NCBI GenBank assembly: GCA_947598485.1
Contig: CANQFJ010000006.1
Location: forward strand, 1-55,310
Direction of reading: 5' to 3'
Length of the DNA: 55,310 nucleotides
DNA from: an uncultured Bacilli bacterium
GTDB taxonomy: Bacteria > Bacillota_I > Bacilli_A > RF39 > UBA660
Below the pieces are notes generated by a model. It made no database searches. It saw only the letters and a program-made list of their open reading frames with translations, and had not been told where the DNA came from. The translations under genes and the position numbers were made by a program. Shown in pieces: positions 8,203-17,065 of the stretch. Numbering within the stretch: the first letter of the stretch is position 1; every line of letters begins with the position of its first letter.

Positions 8203-9330
8203 ATGAAATTAGAATATACTTTAATGCAAAAATCTAAAAGAAATAGTGCCAGATTAGGTAAAATAAAATATGGCAATAAAGAATATTCTACGCCTATGTT
8301 TATGCCCGTGGGAACCAATGCTACAGTTAAAACTTTATCTCCCGAAGAAGTAAAAGAAACGGGCAGTGGAATTTGTCTTGCTAATACTTATCATTTATGG
8401 CTTAAACCGGGAGAAGACGTTGTTCAAAAAGCTGGAGGGCTCCACAAGTTTATGAATTATGATGGGCCTATTCTTACTGATTCGGGAGGATTTCAAGTCT
8501 TTAGTTTAGCAAATGCTAAAGACATAACTGAAGAAGGAGTAAAATTTAAAAATTTTGAAAATGGGGATACATTATTCTTAACACCAGAGAAAAGCATTGA
8601 GATTCAAAATAAATTAGATAGTGATATTGCTATGAGTTTTGATGAGTGTCCTCCGGCCAGTGCTGATCATGATTATATGCAAAAAAGCATTGAAAGGACT
8701 ATCAGATGGGCCAAAAGAGGTAAAGATGTCCATAATAACCCTAATCAAATGTTATTTGGCATTATTCAAGGAGGTTATTTTGAAGATTTAAGAAAGTATA
8801 GTGCTGAAAAGACGGTAGAAATCGGATTTGATGGCTATGCTATTGGAGGCGTTGCTAATGATCATGAATCCAAAGAACATGTTTTTGATGAATTTGCCTT
8901 TTCAACTAAATACCTTCCCGAAGATAAACTGCGCTATGCCATGGGGATTGGCGACCCTATTGACCTCATCGAGGGGGTTATAAGGGGTGTTGATTTATTT
9001 GATTGTGTATCACCTACAAGGCTGGCAAGACATGGCCATGCTTATACAATGCAAGGAAAAATAAATTTAAAAAATAGTAAATATAAAGAAGATTTTGAGC
9101 CTATAGAAAAAGATTGTGATTGTTATGCTTGTCAGCATTATACTAAAGCTTATATTAAACATTTAATATCATGCGATGAAACTTTTGGGGCAAGACTTTT
9201 ATCTATTCACAATATAAGATTTTTACATCGTCTTATGGAAAATATTCGGGAAAATATAAAAAGTGATACTTTAGAAGAATATCGCAATCAATTTATTAAA
9301 GAATATTATAAGGATAGTTATGAAAAGTAA
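8203..9330 (+). CDS. tgt: tRNA-guanine transglycosylase Tgt
   Basis: TPMFMPVGT, ANTYHL, LTDSGGFQVFSL, FDEC, GIIQGG, DLFDCV, CDCYAC zinc site; start moved to ATG 8203. Confidence 0.97.
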   Translation: MKLEYTLMQKSKRNSARLGKIKYGNKEYSTPMFMPVGTNATVKTLSPEEVKETGSGICLANTYHLWLKPGEDVVQKAGGLHKFMNYDGPILTDSGGFQVFSLANAKDITEEGVKFKNFENGDTLFLTPEKSIEIQNKLDSDIAMSFDECPPASADHDYMQKSIERTIRWAKRGKDVHNNPNQMLFGIIQGGYFEDLRKYSAEKTVEIGFDGYAIGGVANDHESKEHVFDEFAFSTKYLPEDKLRYAMGIGDPIDLIEGVIRGVDLFDCVSPTRLARHGHAYTMQGKINLKNSKYKEDFEPIEKDCDCYACQHYTKAYIKHLISCDETFGARLLSIHNIRFLHRLMENIRENIKSDTLEEYRNQFIKEYYKDSYEK

Positions 9331-9640
9331 TAATTTAATAAAAAATGTTTTATATTTAACTGCTATGGTTATTGTTTTAGTAATCTTTGTACCGACAATT
9401 TATAAAATAGTAAATAATAGTAGAAATAAACAGGCTTTAGCAAATGAAAAATTAATTATTGAAAAGGCTAAAAAATGCATATACGAAGGGAAATGCAAAT
9501 CTAACACTATTACCCTTAAAGATTTATATGATTTAAATTATATTAGAGAAAAAATTGTAAATCCTTTTGATAAAACTATTTATAGTGAGGAAAGTTATGT
9601 TGTAATAACTAAAGAGGGCTCTACTTTTTATCTGAAGTAG
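9320..9640 (+). CDS. Small membrane-anchored protein, pilin/ComGC-like appearance
   Basis: N-terminal hydrophobic helix ending VP, amphipathic helix, Cys pair, ITLKDLYDLNYI...NP segment. Confidence 0.5.
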   Translation: MKSNNLIKNVLYLTAMVIVLVIFVPTIYKIVNNSRNKQALANEKLIIEKAKKCIYEGKCKSNTITLKDLYDLNYIREKIVNPFDKTIYSEESYVVITKEGSTFYLK

Positions 9641-10007
9641 AACCCTCTTTTTTATTTTTACCTATTGTTGATGCAACCATGGTTATAATTATAAGTGCTA
9701 GGTAATAAAATAATGATTTAAAGCTTAACTCATTAAATATAATTAACGATAAAACTAAACATATTAAGACTAAAACTATGGCTATTATAAGACCCGCTAC
9801 AATACCTTTTTGATTTGTGGTTTTACCAACTTTATAACCATATATACTAAATAAAACTATATTAAATAAAAGGATTATAAATGATGTAATAAAACTTTTA
9901 ACTCCCAAAAGATTCAAAAATCCCATCAAGAAAGAAATGAGTAATTCTAAAAGGATAAAAATTCCAATTAATTTACCATATTTTAAAACTATTTTTATAT
10001 TTATCAC
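9621..10007 (-). CDS. Four-TM membrane protein, TIGR04086/YrzE-like
   Basis: Four hydrophobic segments, G.KVGK...KGIVAGL motif; position between tgt and a DUF421 gene as in Bacillus. Confidence 0.7.
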   Translation of the reverse strand: MINIKIVLKYGKLIGIFILLELLISFLMGFLNLLGVKSFITSFIILLFNIVLFSIYGYKVGKTTNQKGIVAGLIIAIVLVLICLVLSLIIFNELSFKSLFYYLALIIITMVASTIGKNKKEGSTSDKK

Positions 10008-10070
10008 CTAATAAAAACTATGTTGTGATTAAAAAAATATGAATTTTACCATAATAATATTGGTGATATT

Positions 10071-10715
10071 ATGGATTTATATAGTGTTGTTTTTAGAACT
10101 TTATTTTTTTACTTTTTTATTACAATAGCTTATAGACTCATGGGAAAAAGGGAAGTAGGGCAATTAGGAATTATTGATTTAATAGTCTCTATCTTAATAG
10201 CGGAGCTTGTTGCTATATCAATTGAAAAAACTGATGAACCCATGTATTTAGTTATTGTACCTATATCAATATTGGTCATTTTGGAAATTGGTTTGGCCTT
10301 CTTTTCCCTTAAAAATCGTAATGCCCGAAAGTTTTTTGAAGGTAAACCCTCGCTTATAATTAGTCAAGGCAAGATTCACTATCACGAAATGATTAAACAA
10401 AGATATTCCTTAGATGATTTATTAATAGCTCTTAGACAAAAAGAAATTAAAGATATTAATGATGTTGAATATGCTTTTTTAGAAACAAACGGTAAATTAT
10501 CAATTTTTAAATATAAACCATTTAAAATAAAATCATCTTATCCAATGCCCCTTATTATAGATGGTACGATTGAAAAGAATACTTTAAAAAATATTAATAA
10601 AACCGAGGAATGGCTTAAAAAGGTATTAGAAATAAAAAAACTAAATTTAAAAGAAATATTCTATGCTTTTTATAAAAATAAAAAGATTTATATCATAAAA
10701 AAAAGTAGAGATTAA
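10071..10715 (+). CDS. DUF421 (YetF/YrbG-like) membrane protein
   Basis: RLMGKREVGQL, EGKPSLII, LRQKEI..VEYAFLETNGKLS, PLIIDG. Confidence 0.9.
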   Translation: MDLYSVVFRTLFFYFFITIAYRLMGKREVGQLGIIDLIVSILIAELVAISIEKTDEPMYLVIVPISILVILEIGLAFFSLKNRNARKFFEGKPSLIISQGKIHYHEMIKQRYSLDDLLIALRQKEIKDINDVEYAFLETNGKLSIFKYKPFKIKSSYPMPLIIDGTIEKNTLKNINKTEEWLKKVLEIKKLNLKEIFYAFYKNKKIYIIKKSRD

Positions 10716-10954
10716 TCTACTTCTTCAAAACGATATTCTTGATCAGCATTGGGGTATTTTTCTTTATCTACTTTAGCAATAAAGTTATCATAAGGTCTTA
10801 CCCATATTTTGCCATCATGGTTGGATTGATAAGCTACTAATCTAATAGGATCACCTTTTTCATCAACATTTTCACTATCATATCCAATAAAGACAACTTT
10901 ATAAACATTACCTTTAAAGTGTCGATATGTCTTTCCTGTATTTACCTCTCGCAT
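10712..10954 (-). CDS. DUF1653 domain protein
   Basis: YRHFKGNVYKV, WVRPYDNF, VDKEKYP..Q.YRFE. Confidence 0.9.
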   Translation of the reverse strand: MREVNTGKTYRHFKGNVYKVVFIGYDSENVDEKGDPIRLVAYQSNHDGKIWVRPYDNFIAKVDKEKYPNADQEYRFEEVD

Positions 10955-11042
10955 AAAATCACCTTTATAATTATATCATTTACTACTTTAAAATACTATC
11001 CTTTTAGTGTATAATTATTCTAGAAAGTTGGGTTGATAGATA

Positions 11043-12095
11043 ATGGTTGCCTTATGTGTTGGTCAAGTTGCTTATAATATAGTAGCTGTTAGTAGTGAAT
11101 TCCCTGTGGAAAATACTAAAAATAAGTTTGAAGTAGTTGAAGATTGTCCAGGTGGTGCAGCCGCTAATATGGCGTATTTACTAGGTAAATATGGTGTTGA
11201 AACTTATATTGCTTCCGGAATTGGCGATGATTCATATGCAAATATCGTTAAAAAGGAACTTGAAAGAGTAGGAGTTCATACCGAATACATGGAAACAGCT
11301 TATGAAAAAAGGACAGCGTCTTCTTTTATTCTAATTGGCCAAAAAAACAATTCTAGAACAATTTATGACGTAACAAGAGAACCATTGCTTTTAAAGAAAA
11401 CCGAATTCCAAATTACTCCTGATTTGATTCTTTCTGATGGATATGATTATGGAGCAACTTTAGCGGCCTTTAATTCTTTTACAGATAAGATTACAATTCT
11501 TGATGCAGGAATGTATAATCGTGAAGTTTTAGAGCTATGTAAATATACTAAATATATCGTTGCTTCTAAAGAATTTGCCGAGGCTGTCAGTGGTACAAGA
11601 GTAAATTATGATAACCCTCAAAGTTTAGTAACAATATATTCGCAATTAGTTAATAAATTCCCTGGTAAGATAATAGTTGTAACTTTAGAAGATAAAGGTG
11701 CCATGTATATGGACAATAATCAAATTAAAGTTATGCCAGGTTTAAATCTAAAAACAGTCGATTCCTCTGGTGCTGGAGATATTTTCCTTGCTGCCTTTGG
11801 TTATGCTTTGACTCAAGGATATGATATGGAAAGAGCCATTACCTTTGCTAATATAGCAGGAGGGCTTACTGTAACTAAGATAGGTACTATAGGAGCGTGT
11901 CCTGAGTATAGCGATGTAATGAAGTATTTTGTTCAAAAGTATGGAACTCCTGATACACAAACGGCACCTGCTGGTAATGCTTCAAATCAAGTTAATCCTA
12001 ATCAACAAAATACAAACGTCAGTGCTCCAACAAATCCAACACCAGATGCTCAAGCAGCTAATCCGAATAGCCAAATAAATACACCATTATCATGA
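11043..12095 (+). CDS. PfkB-family carbohydrate kinase with low-complexity C-terminal tail
   Basis: PGGAAANMAYLLG, GIGDD, VDSSGAGDIF, AN.AG motifs. Confidence 0.9.
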   Translation: MVALCVGQVAYNIVAVSSEFPVENTKNKFEVVEDCPGGAAANMAYLLGKYGVETYIASGIGDDSYANIVKKELERVGVHTEYMETAYEKRTASSFILIGQKNNSRTIYDVTREPLLLKKTEFQITPDLILSDGYDYGATLAAFNSFTDKITILDAGMYNREVLELCKYTKYIVASKEFAEAVSGTRVNYDNPQSLVTIYSQLVNKFPGKIIVVTLEDKGAMYMDNNQIKVMPGLNLKTVDSSGAGDIFLAAFGYALTQGYDMERAITFANIAGGLTVTKIGTIGACPEYSDVMKYFVQKYGTPDTQTAPAGNASNQVNPNQQNTNVSAPTNPTPDAQAANPNSQINTPLS

Positions 12096-12361
12096 TTGTA
12101 ACAAGTAAAACACCCATCCTTGATTTACATAATGAAATTGAAAGTATGGTTGAAGTATTAGTAAATAGATTTATAAAAGATAATTATCTTATGAAAAAAG
12201 ATGTCGTTATAATTATTCATGGAAAAAGTGGACATATCGTAAGAGATGAGGCACATCGAGTATTAAAAAATAATAAATTAGTTAAAAGCTATCGTTTAGA
12301 TAATTGGAATCTGGGTCAAACGATAGTTGAGATAGATGTAGACAAAACTGGTAATTTTTAG
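12092..12361 (+). CDS. Stand-alone Smr domain protein
   Basis: LDLH, IIHGKSG, N.GQTIV. Confidence 0.88.
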   Translation: MIVTSKTPILDLHNEIESMVEVLVNRFIKDNYLMKKDVVIIIHGKSGHIVRDEAHRVLKNNKLVKSYRLDNWNLGQTIVEIDVDKTGNF

Positions 12362-12377
12362 ACCAGTTTTTTCATAT

Positions 12378-12406
12378 TTGACATTTTTCTAATAGTGTGT
12401 TAGAAT
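12378..12406 (+). promoter_or_regulatory. Sigma-A-type promoter
   Basis: TTGACA, 17 bp, TG-t-TAGAAT; preceded by hairpin aaaactggt...accagtttt. Confidence 0.7.
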
Positions 12407-12435
12407 AACGCACTGTTAGTTAAGGGGGATAAAAA

Positions 12436-13125
12436 ATGGCTCGTGATTATTTAAAAGATTTTAAAAACCACTGTTTAACTTGCGAAAAATATGACATATA
12501 TTCACCTAAGGATTCAACGCAAAGAGGTTATAGATGTAAAAGACATATGCGTCCTATGGCCATGGATGAACAATGTTCAAGTTATTCAATGGATAGATTA
12601 AGAAGTAACAAAACAATAGAGGAAGCAGTTAATTGGCGTTTACGCAAAGGATATGATCCTTCTCCTGATAAAGGACACTGGTATGTAACTTCTATGATAT
12701 GTAGGATTTTAGGCTATCCTCAAGATTGTGAATATATGCAAGCTTTTGAGATGATGCAAGCAACTTATATGCGAGAAAGTGAAGAAGGTAAAGCTGATTT
12801 ACTTAGATATGAAGTTTATGGTCCAGAGATAGCTTGGCGCTTAGAAGAAGCTTATAGTAATGAAGAAACTCGTAGTAGTGTAGAAAGACTTTGCAGAGAA
12901 ATACTTGAACCAGACTATTTAGCCTTAATACTTGGCTTAATAAGAGCAAATAATTTAGAGTGTGCAGTGCTTGCCTACAAACAAATGATAGATATGCTTG
13001 CGAGTAGATATGGTGTTTATCTAGAAGATTTACAATATGATGCTGAAGATCGTGAAATGTTTGACACTGGTGGATCACGAAAACGTGTATGCTTTGACTG
13101 CCAAACATGTTTATCACACGTATAA
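12436..13125 (+). CDS. Cys-rich hypothetical protein with degenerate CFI-box-CTERM-like domain
   Basis: aagggggata RBS; N-terminal CxxC..C..C; WYVTSMICRILGYPQDCEY...RYEVYGPEIA; C-terminal CxxCxxC. Confidence 0.6.
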   Translation: MARDYLKDFKNHCLTCEKYDIYSPKDSTQRGYRCKRHMRPMAMDEQCSSYSMDRLRSNKTIEEAVNWRLRKGYDPSPDKGHWYVTSMICRILGYPQDCEYMQAFEMMQATYMRESEEGKADLLRYEVYGPEIAWRLEEAYSNEETRSSVERLCREILEPDYLALILGLIRANNLECAVLAYKQMIDMLASRYGVYLEDLQYDAEDREMFDTGGSRKRVCFDCQTCLSHV

Positions 13126-13162
13126 AAATTGCTTTTCAAGAATATCTATATAATGTCTAAAA

Positions 13163-13257
13163 TTGACAAATGTTAACATAAGTGGTATAATTTAATTACA
13201 TGGTGGAATAATAAGAATAGACATGATTTTGACATTTTTACTAACTTGTGTTATAAT
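13163..13257 (+). promoter_or_regulatory. Two tandem consensus sigma-A promoters
   Basis: TTGACA-17-TATAAT at 13163-13191 and again at 13229-13257, both with extended -10 TG. Confidence 0.8.
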
Positions 13258-13282
13258 ATGAGTAATTAAGGGGGTAAATGAT

Positions 13283-13702
13283 ATGAAAGGTTATGTATTA
13301 GATTACATTAATGAAAATGAATTTAAAAAATTAGAAAGAGCATTAAAAAAATACAACATGATAGCATTCAAAAAGTTAAATTTTGATTACTATCCAATGA
13401 TAAGAAGTGGTAAATTCGTTGGTGAGTTAAAAGCTCAAAATAAGAAAAATAAAACCGCTACTTATGAATTAAAATTACCTAGTGATAAATTATTTACGCA
13501 AATTCATGGTGAAGTAAAATTAATATATACTGTTCATGAAAAAGAAAAAGTAGTTATTCTTGAAACATTAACTCCTGAAGATATTCTTTTAGAGGGACAT
13601 AGATCTGAATTAACAACATACAAAGGAATCATGATATCTAAAGAAAATGCTTCTAAAGATATGTTTAAGATTGATTTATTAAATATGATGCAAGGAAAAT
13701 AG
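13283..13702 (+). CDS. Hypothetical protein (139 aa)
   Basis: aagggggt RBS, strong promoters, terminator hairpin directly after the stop. Confidence 0.85.
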   Translation: MKGYVLDYINENEFKKLERALKKYNMIAFKKLNFDYYPMIRSGKFVGELKAQNKKNKTATYELKLPSDKLFTQIHGEVKLIYTVHEKEKVVILETLTPEDILLEGHRSELTTYKGIMISKENASKDMFKIDLLNMMQGK

Positions 13703-13720
13703 GGTAAAACCTATTTTTTT
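13696..13720. terminator. Bidirectional terminator between convergent genes
   Basis: aaaatagg-gtaaaa-cctatttt followed by Ts. Confidence 0.6.
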
Positions 13721-13722
13721 AT

Positions 13723-14202
13723 TTATAATTTTTTCATAACATCCATGGTTCTTAAATGATAATTATTTTTATCATAGAACTTTAGGGCATTACTATTATA
13801 GCCAAAAACACTTAATATTACAGCCTTACAGCCAATACTTTTAAAATAATCTTCCATTTTATTAAGAAGAGCTTTACCTACGTGCTTACCACGATATTCT
13901 TTTTTTACTACAAGCTCTGATATTCTTCCTCTTTTAGGAGCTTTAAATTGATGATCATGAGTATCAAGATTATTAAGAAGCCCAATGATAACACCAATTA
14001 TTTCATTATTATCTTCTGCTAGAAAGATTTTCCCTTGATATCTATTATAATCATTCATTGTTTTAGCAAAGTACTTTTCTTTGAAATCAGCACCAACAAT
14101 ATTATAGCCATCTTCATCTATACTTGCTATGTATTCTTGAAGTTCTAACAATAAATTTTTAATATCCTCATCATATTTTTTATCATAATCTATTATTTGC
14201 AT
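13723..14202 (-). CDS. GNAT-family N-acetyltransferase
   Basis: ISELVVKKEYRGKHVGKALL acetyl-CoA motif, NSNALKFY. Confidence 0.92.
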   Translation of the reverse strand: MQIIDYDKKYDEDIKNLLLELQEYIASIDEDGYNIVGADFKEKYFAKTMNDYNRYQGKIFLAEDNNEIIGVIIGLLNNLDTHDHQFKAPKRGRISELVVKKEYRGKHVGKALLNKMEDYFKSIGCKAVILSVFGYNSNALKFYDKNNYHLRTMDVMKKL

Positions 14203-14214
14203 AACATATCCTTA

Positions 14215-14439
14215 CTAATAATTTTTAATATCTATTAACGATTTATATACTTCTTTGATATCCTCTTCTGGTATATTTAAATCTTTTAAAATACTATAAG
14301 CTGTTTCAATATCCATTTCAAAAAAACAATGGTTGTTTTCTAATATTTTTTGAATTAATAATTGATTTTGGCGTTTGGCTTCATCGTTTTGATATTTATT
14401 TATTAATCTTAGATTTAATTCTCTTAATTTATCTATCAT
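14215..14439 (-). CDS. Hypothetical protein (74 aa)
   Basis: Overlaps the stop of the upstream gene by 4 bp, aggag RBS. Confidence 0.7.
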   Translation of the reverse strand: MIDKLRELNLRLINKYQNDEAKRQNQLLIQKILENNHCFFEMDIETAYSILKDLNIPEEDIKEVYKSLIDIKNY

Positions 14440-16070
14440 CTTTTATCTCCTATTGCTAAACCTGGTATTGCCGGGCTTCCCGTTTCAATATATGCGAAGA
14501 TTCCTTCATTAAAACAGTACTCTAAATCTTCTTTAGATAGCTCTTTAAGAGGCTCGCCAGGGTTATAAAAGAAATAGCGATTAGCATTACGATCTTCGCC
14601 AAGACCTAAAGTATTAATGGTAAATATGGCAGAAGCCATCGCGTTTTGATTATCTACCGGATTTAATTTGTTTCTTATAATAACATAGAAAATATTATTA
14701 TTAGTTTCATAACCATTAAAAATAACATCTCTTAAAGTTAAAATATAACTTAAAGCATCAACTCCCAATAGGGAGGCATCATTTACTTTAGAAAGTAAAA
14801 TATCAAGTTTTTCTTCCAAAGGGATGGCAACACTATTATGAATATTTCGGTATTGACTTAAAAGTTCATCAAATGTGCCATGAGTATTACGGCCATGTTC
14901 TTTTAAAACAACGGCATAAACTTTAGACAAAGCTTCTTCAAATTCTTTTTTTGTTTGAGGGTTATTATTAAGGCATTCAATTCGGCGAAGACTAAGGCCC
15001 ACTTTGGCTCTAGTAATGTCACTTTGTAAAATTGTTTTTGTAGAGTCTGCACTTACTAGGTATTTATCTACTCTAAAGTCAGCATATACATGTGATTTGC
15101 CATAATCATCATTATTGCCACTATAGTAATGACTCTTAAAATTGATGCCAAGTTCAGATAAAAGACGAGTATAGATGGCATTGAATTCAAAACATACGAC
15201 CTTGTTATTTTGAGGAGTAATTTGCTTTACATAGCTTATATCAGAATGATTTCTTGTTAAATTAGCTTTCTTTTCTACATAATATTCATCATCATAAGTA
15301 AGAATTTCACACATTTTAATATAGATATAAATAGCTTTTTCTAGTAAAGAAAAGTCTCTAGGCATATTTCCTAAAATGGCCAATCTTAATTCAGTTGCTA
15401 TTTGAACCTTTTCATATGTAGCATCCTCAGTTTGTAAGAATCTATTAATAGCTTGAATATCAATATCATTAGAGTGAGATAAACTCGTTATTCGATAATT
15501 ATATTGATCATTCAATTCATAGTTAGCCATAATATCGTTAGTTTTAATAAAACTTACTAAAGCATATATGAAATGCTCGATAGGAATGCCAAATATCTCT
15601 GGCATCTTAGACTTGATACCTTTGTTATAATCATCTTTTTTGGAATTTAAAAAGGCAATAAAACATTTAATAGGTATATCATATTCGATATTATCAATAC
15701 TTACATGATATACTTTATCAGCATATTTTGCTAAAAAAGATTCTTCAGATGTTATACTTTTCAAAATGCTATATTTTTTACTATGTATTTTGCTAGATAA
15801 AATACCTTTTTTAAAAAGATGCTCTATGGCTTTAAGGATAATATGTTTAGAGTATTTTATGTATCTTAAGGCATTATAGGTAACTATGAACTCAGCATGT
15901 AAACCATTGAAATAATTAAGTGTATACTCAAATAATTTTTCATTTTCTAAAATAGCTTTAATGAAGGCAATACTTATAAAACGACCTTCAATTGCTATCT
16001 TAGGCTCAGAAGTAAATTGCTCAAATATTTCTTTCGTTACAAAAAATTTAGAATTAGTTTTTGCCTCCAT
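14436..16070 (-). CDS. Hypothetical protein with transglutaminase-like Cys-His-Asp domain
   Basis: KAIYIY..C..LTYD, VVCFEFNAIYTRLL.ELGI, SHVY, ADST; start moved to ATG 16070 after aaggag RBS. Confidence 0.65.
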   Translation of the reverse strand: MEAKTNSKFFVTKEIFEQFTSEPKIAIEGRFISIAFIKAILENEKLFEYTLNYFNGLHAEFIVTYNALRYIKYSKHIILKAIEHLFKKGILSSKIHSKKYSILKSITSEESFLAKYADKVYHVSIDNIEYDIPIKCFIAFLNSKKDDYNKGIKSKMPEIFGIPIEHFIYALVSFIKTNDIMANYELNDQYNYRITSLSHSNDIDIQAINRFLQTEDATYEKVQIATELRLAILGNMPRDFSLLEKAIYIYIKMCEILTYDDEYYVEKKANLTRNHSDISYVKQITPQNNKVVCFEFNAIYTRLLSELGINFKSHYYSGNNDDYGKSHVYADFRVDKYLVSADSTKTILQSDITRAKVGLSLRRIECLNNNPQTKKEFEEALSKVYAVVLKEHGRNTHGTFDELLSQYRNIHNSVAIPLEEKLDILLSKVNDASLLGVDALSYILTLRDVIFNGYETNNNIFYVIIRNKLNPVDNQNAMASAIFTINTLGLGEDRNANRYFFYNPGEPLKELSKEDLEYCFNEGIFAYIETGSPAIPGLAIGDKR

Positions 16071-16196
16071 AGGAAATCTCCTTATTATTAATATCATTAT
16101 ATCATATCATTAAATTTATTTATCACTTAATAATAAAAATTATAATGATAAATTAAAGATATAATGTTATAATTGTTAGAGTAAGGAAAAGTAAAA

Positions 16197-17006
16197 ATGA
16201 AGTTTAGTATAAGAAGAAAAAATTATAGTAAATTTTTATTATGGATGTTGGGGATTAGTATCGTTCTCATTCTTGTTACTATTTGTATAAAAAATTCCGT
16301 TAATAAAGATAATAAGTCAAAACTTACGAATTCTTTTGATAATAAAGTTTTAATAATTGAAAAACATGCTCCAGAAATTACAGGACCAGAAAATATTCCT
16401 GAACCTGAGCCTGAACCTGAACCGGTACCAGAACCAGAGCCTGTAACACCTCAAATTCCACCGGCTCCTGTGCCAGTTATTCCCGATGAAAATACTGATA
16501 TAGCAACTTATGTTAAAAGCTTAAGGGTAATTGGGATAGGGGATTCTATTATGCTAGGGGCTGTAGGAAGTTTACAAACGGTTTTCCCTAATGGCTATTT
16601 TGATGCTGCAGTATCAAGACAAATAATTCATTCTTATGATATTATTAACTACCTTAAAAGTACGGGACAATTGGGAGATCCTATTATTATCAACCTTGGC
16701 GCTAATAGTTATTATAATGATGATTATAAGAAAGCTGTTGTCGATTTGGTTGATGGCCGCGATGTCTTTTGGCTTACGGTAACCGATGATTATAAAGTAA
16801 ATATTAATGCAAGTCTTAGAAACTTAGGTGAACAAATTCCTAACTTACATATTATAGATTGGGAAGCAATATCTTCAGGACATCCTGAATATTTTGGGGC
16901 TGATGGTCTTCATCTAACAGGAGCGGGACAAATAGCCTACGCTAATGCGATATATAGTGCTTTATGTAACTTCTATCTTCAAAAATACCCTGAACTTAAC
17001 GACTAA
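16197..17006 (+). CDS. Membrane-anchored SGNH hydrolase, similar to the OatA C-terminal domain, with Pro-Glu linker
   Basis: N-terminal TM, (PE)n linker, GDSIM, DAAVSRQ, LGAN, IDW, DGLH. Confidence 0.85.
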   Translation: MKFSIRRKNYSKFLLWMLGISIVLILVTICIKNSVNKDNKSKLTNSFDNKVLIIEKHAPEITGPENIPEPEPEPEPVPEPEPVTPQIPPAPVPVIPDENTDIATYVKSLRVIGIGDSIMLGAVGSLQTVFPNGYFDAAVSRQIIHSYDIINYLKSTGQLGDPIIINLGANSYYNDDYKKAVVDLVDGRDVFWLTVTDDYKVNINASLRNLGEQIPNLHIIDWEAISSGHPEYFGADGLHLTGAGQIAYANAIYSALCNFYLQKYPELND

Positions 17007-17065
17007 ATTTATATCACATTATAACTTTACAACCAAAAATTCTTATGATATACTTAATGGGTATT

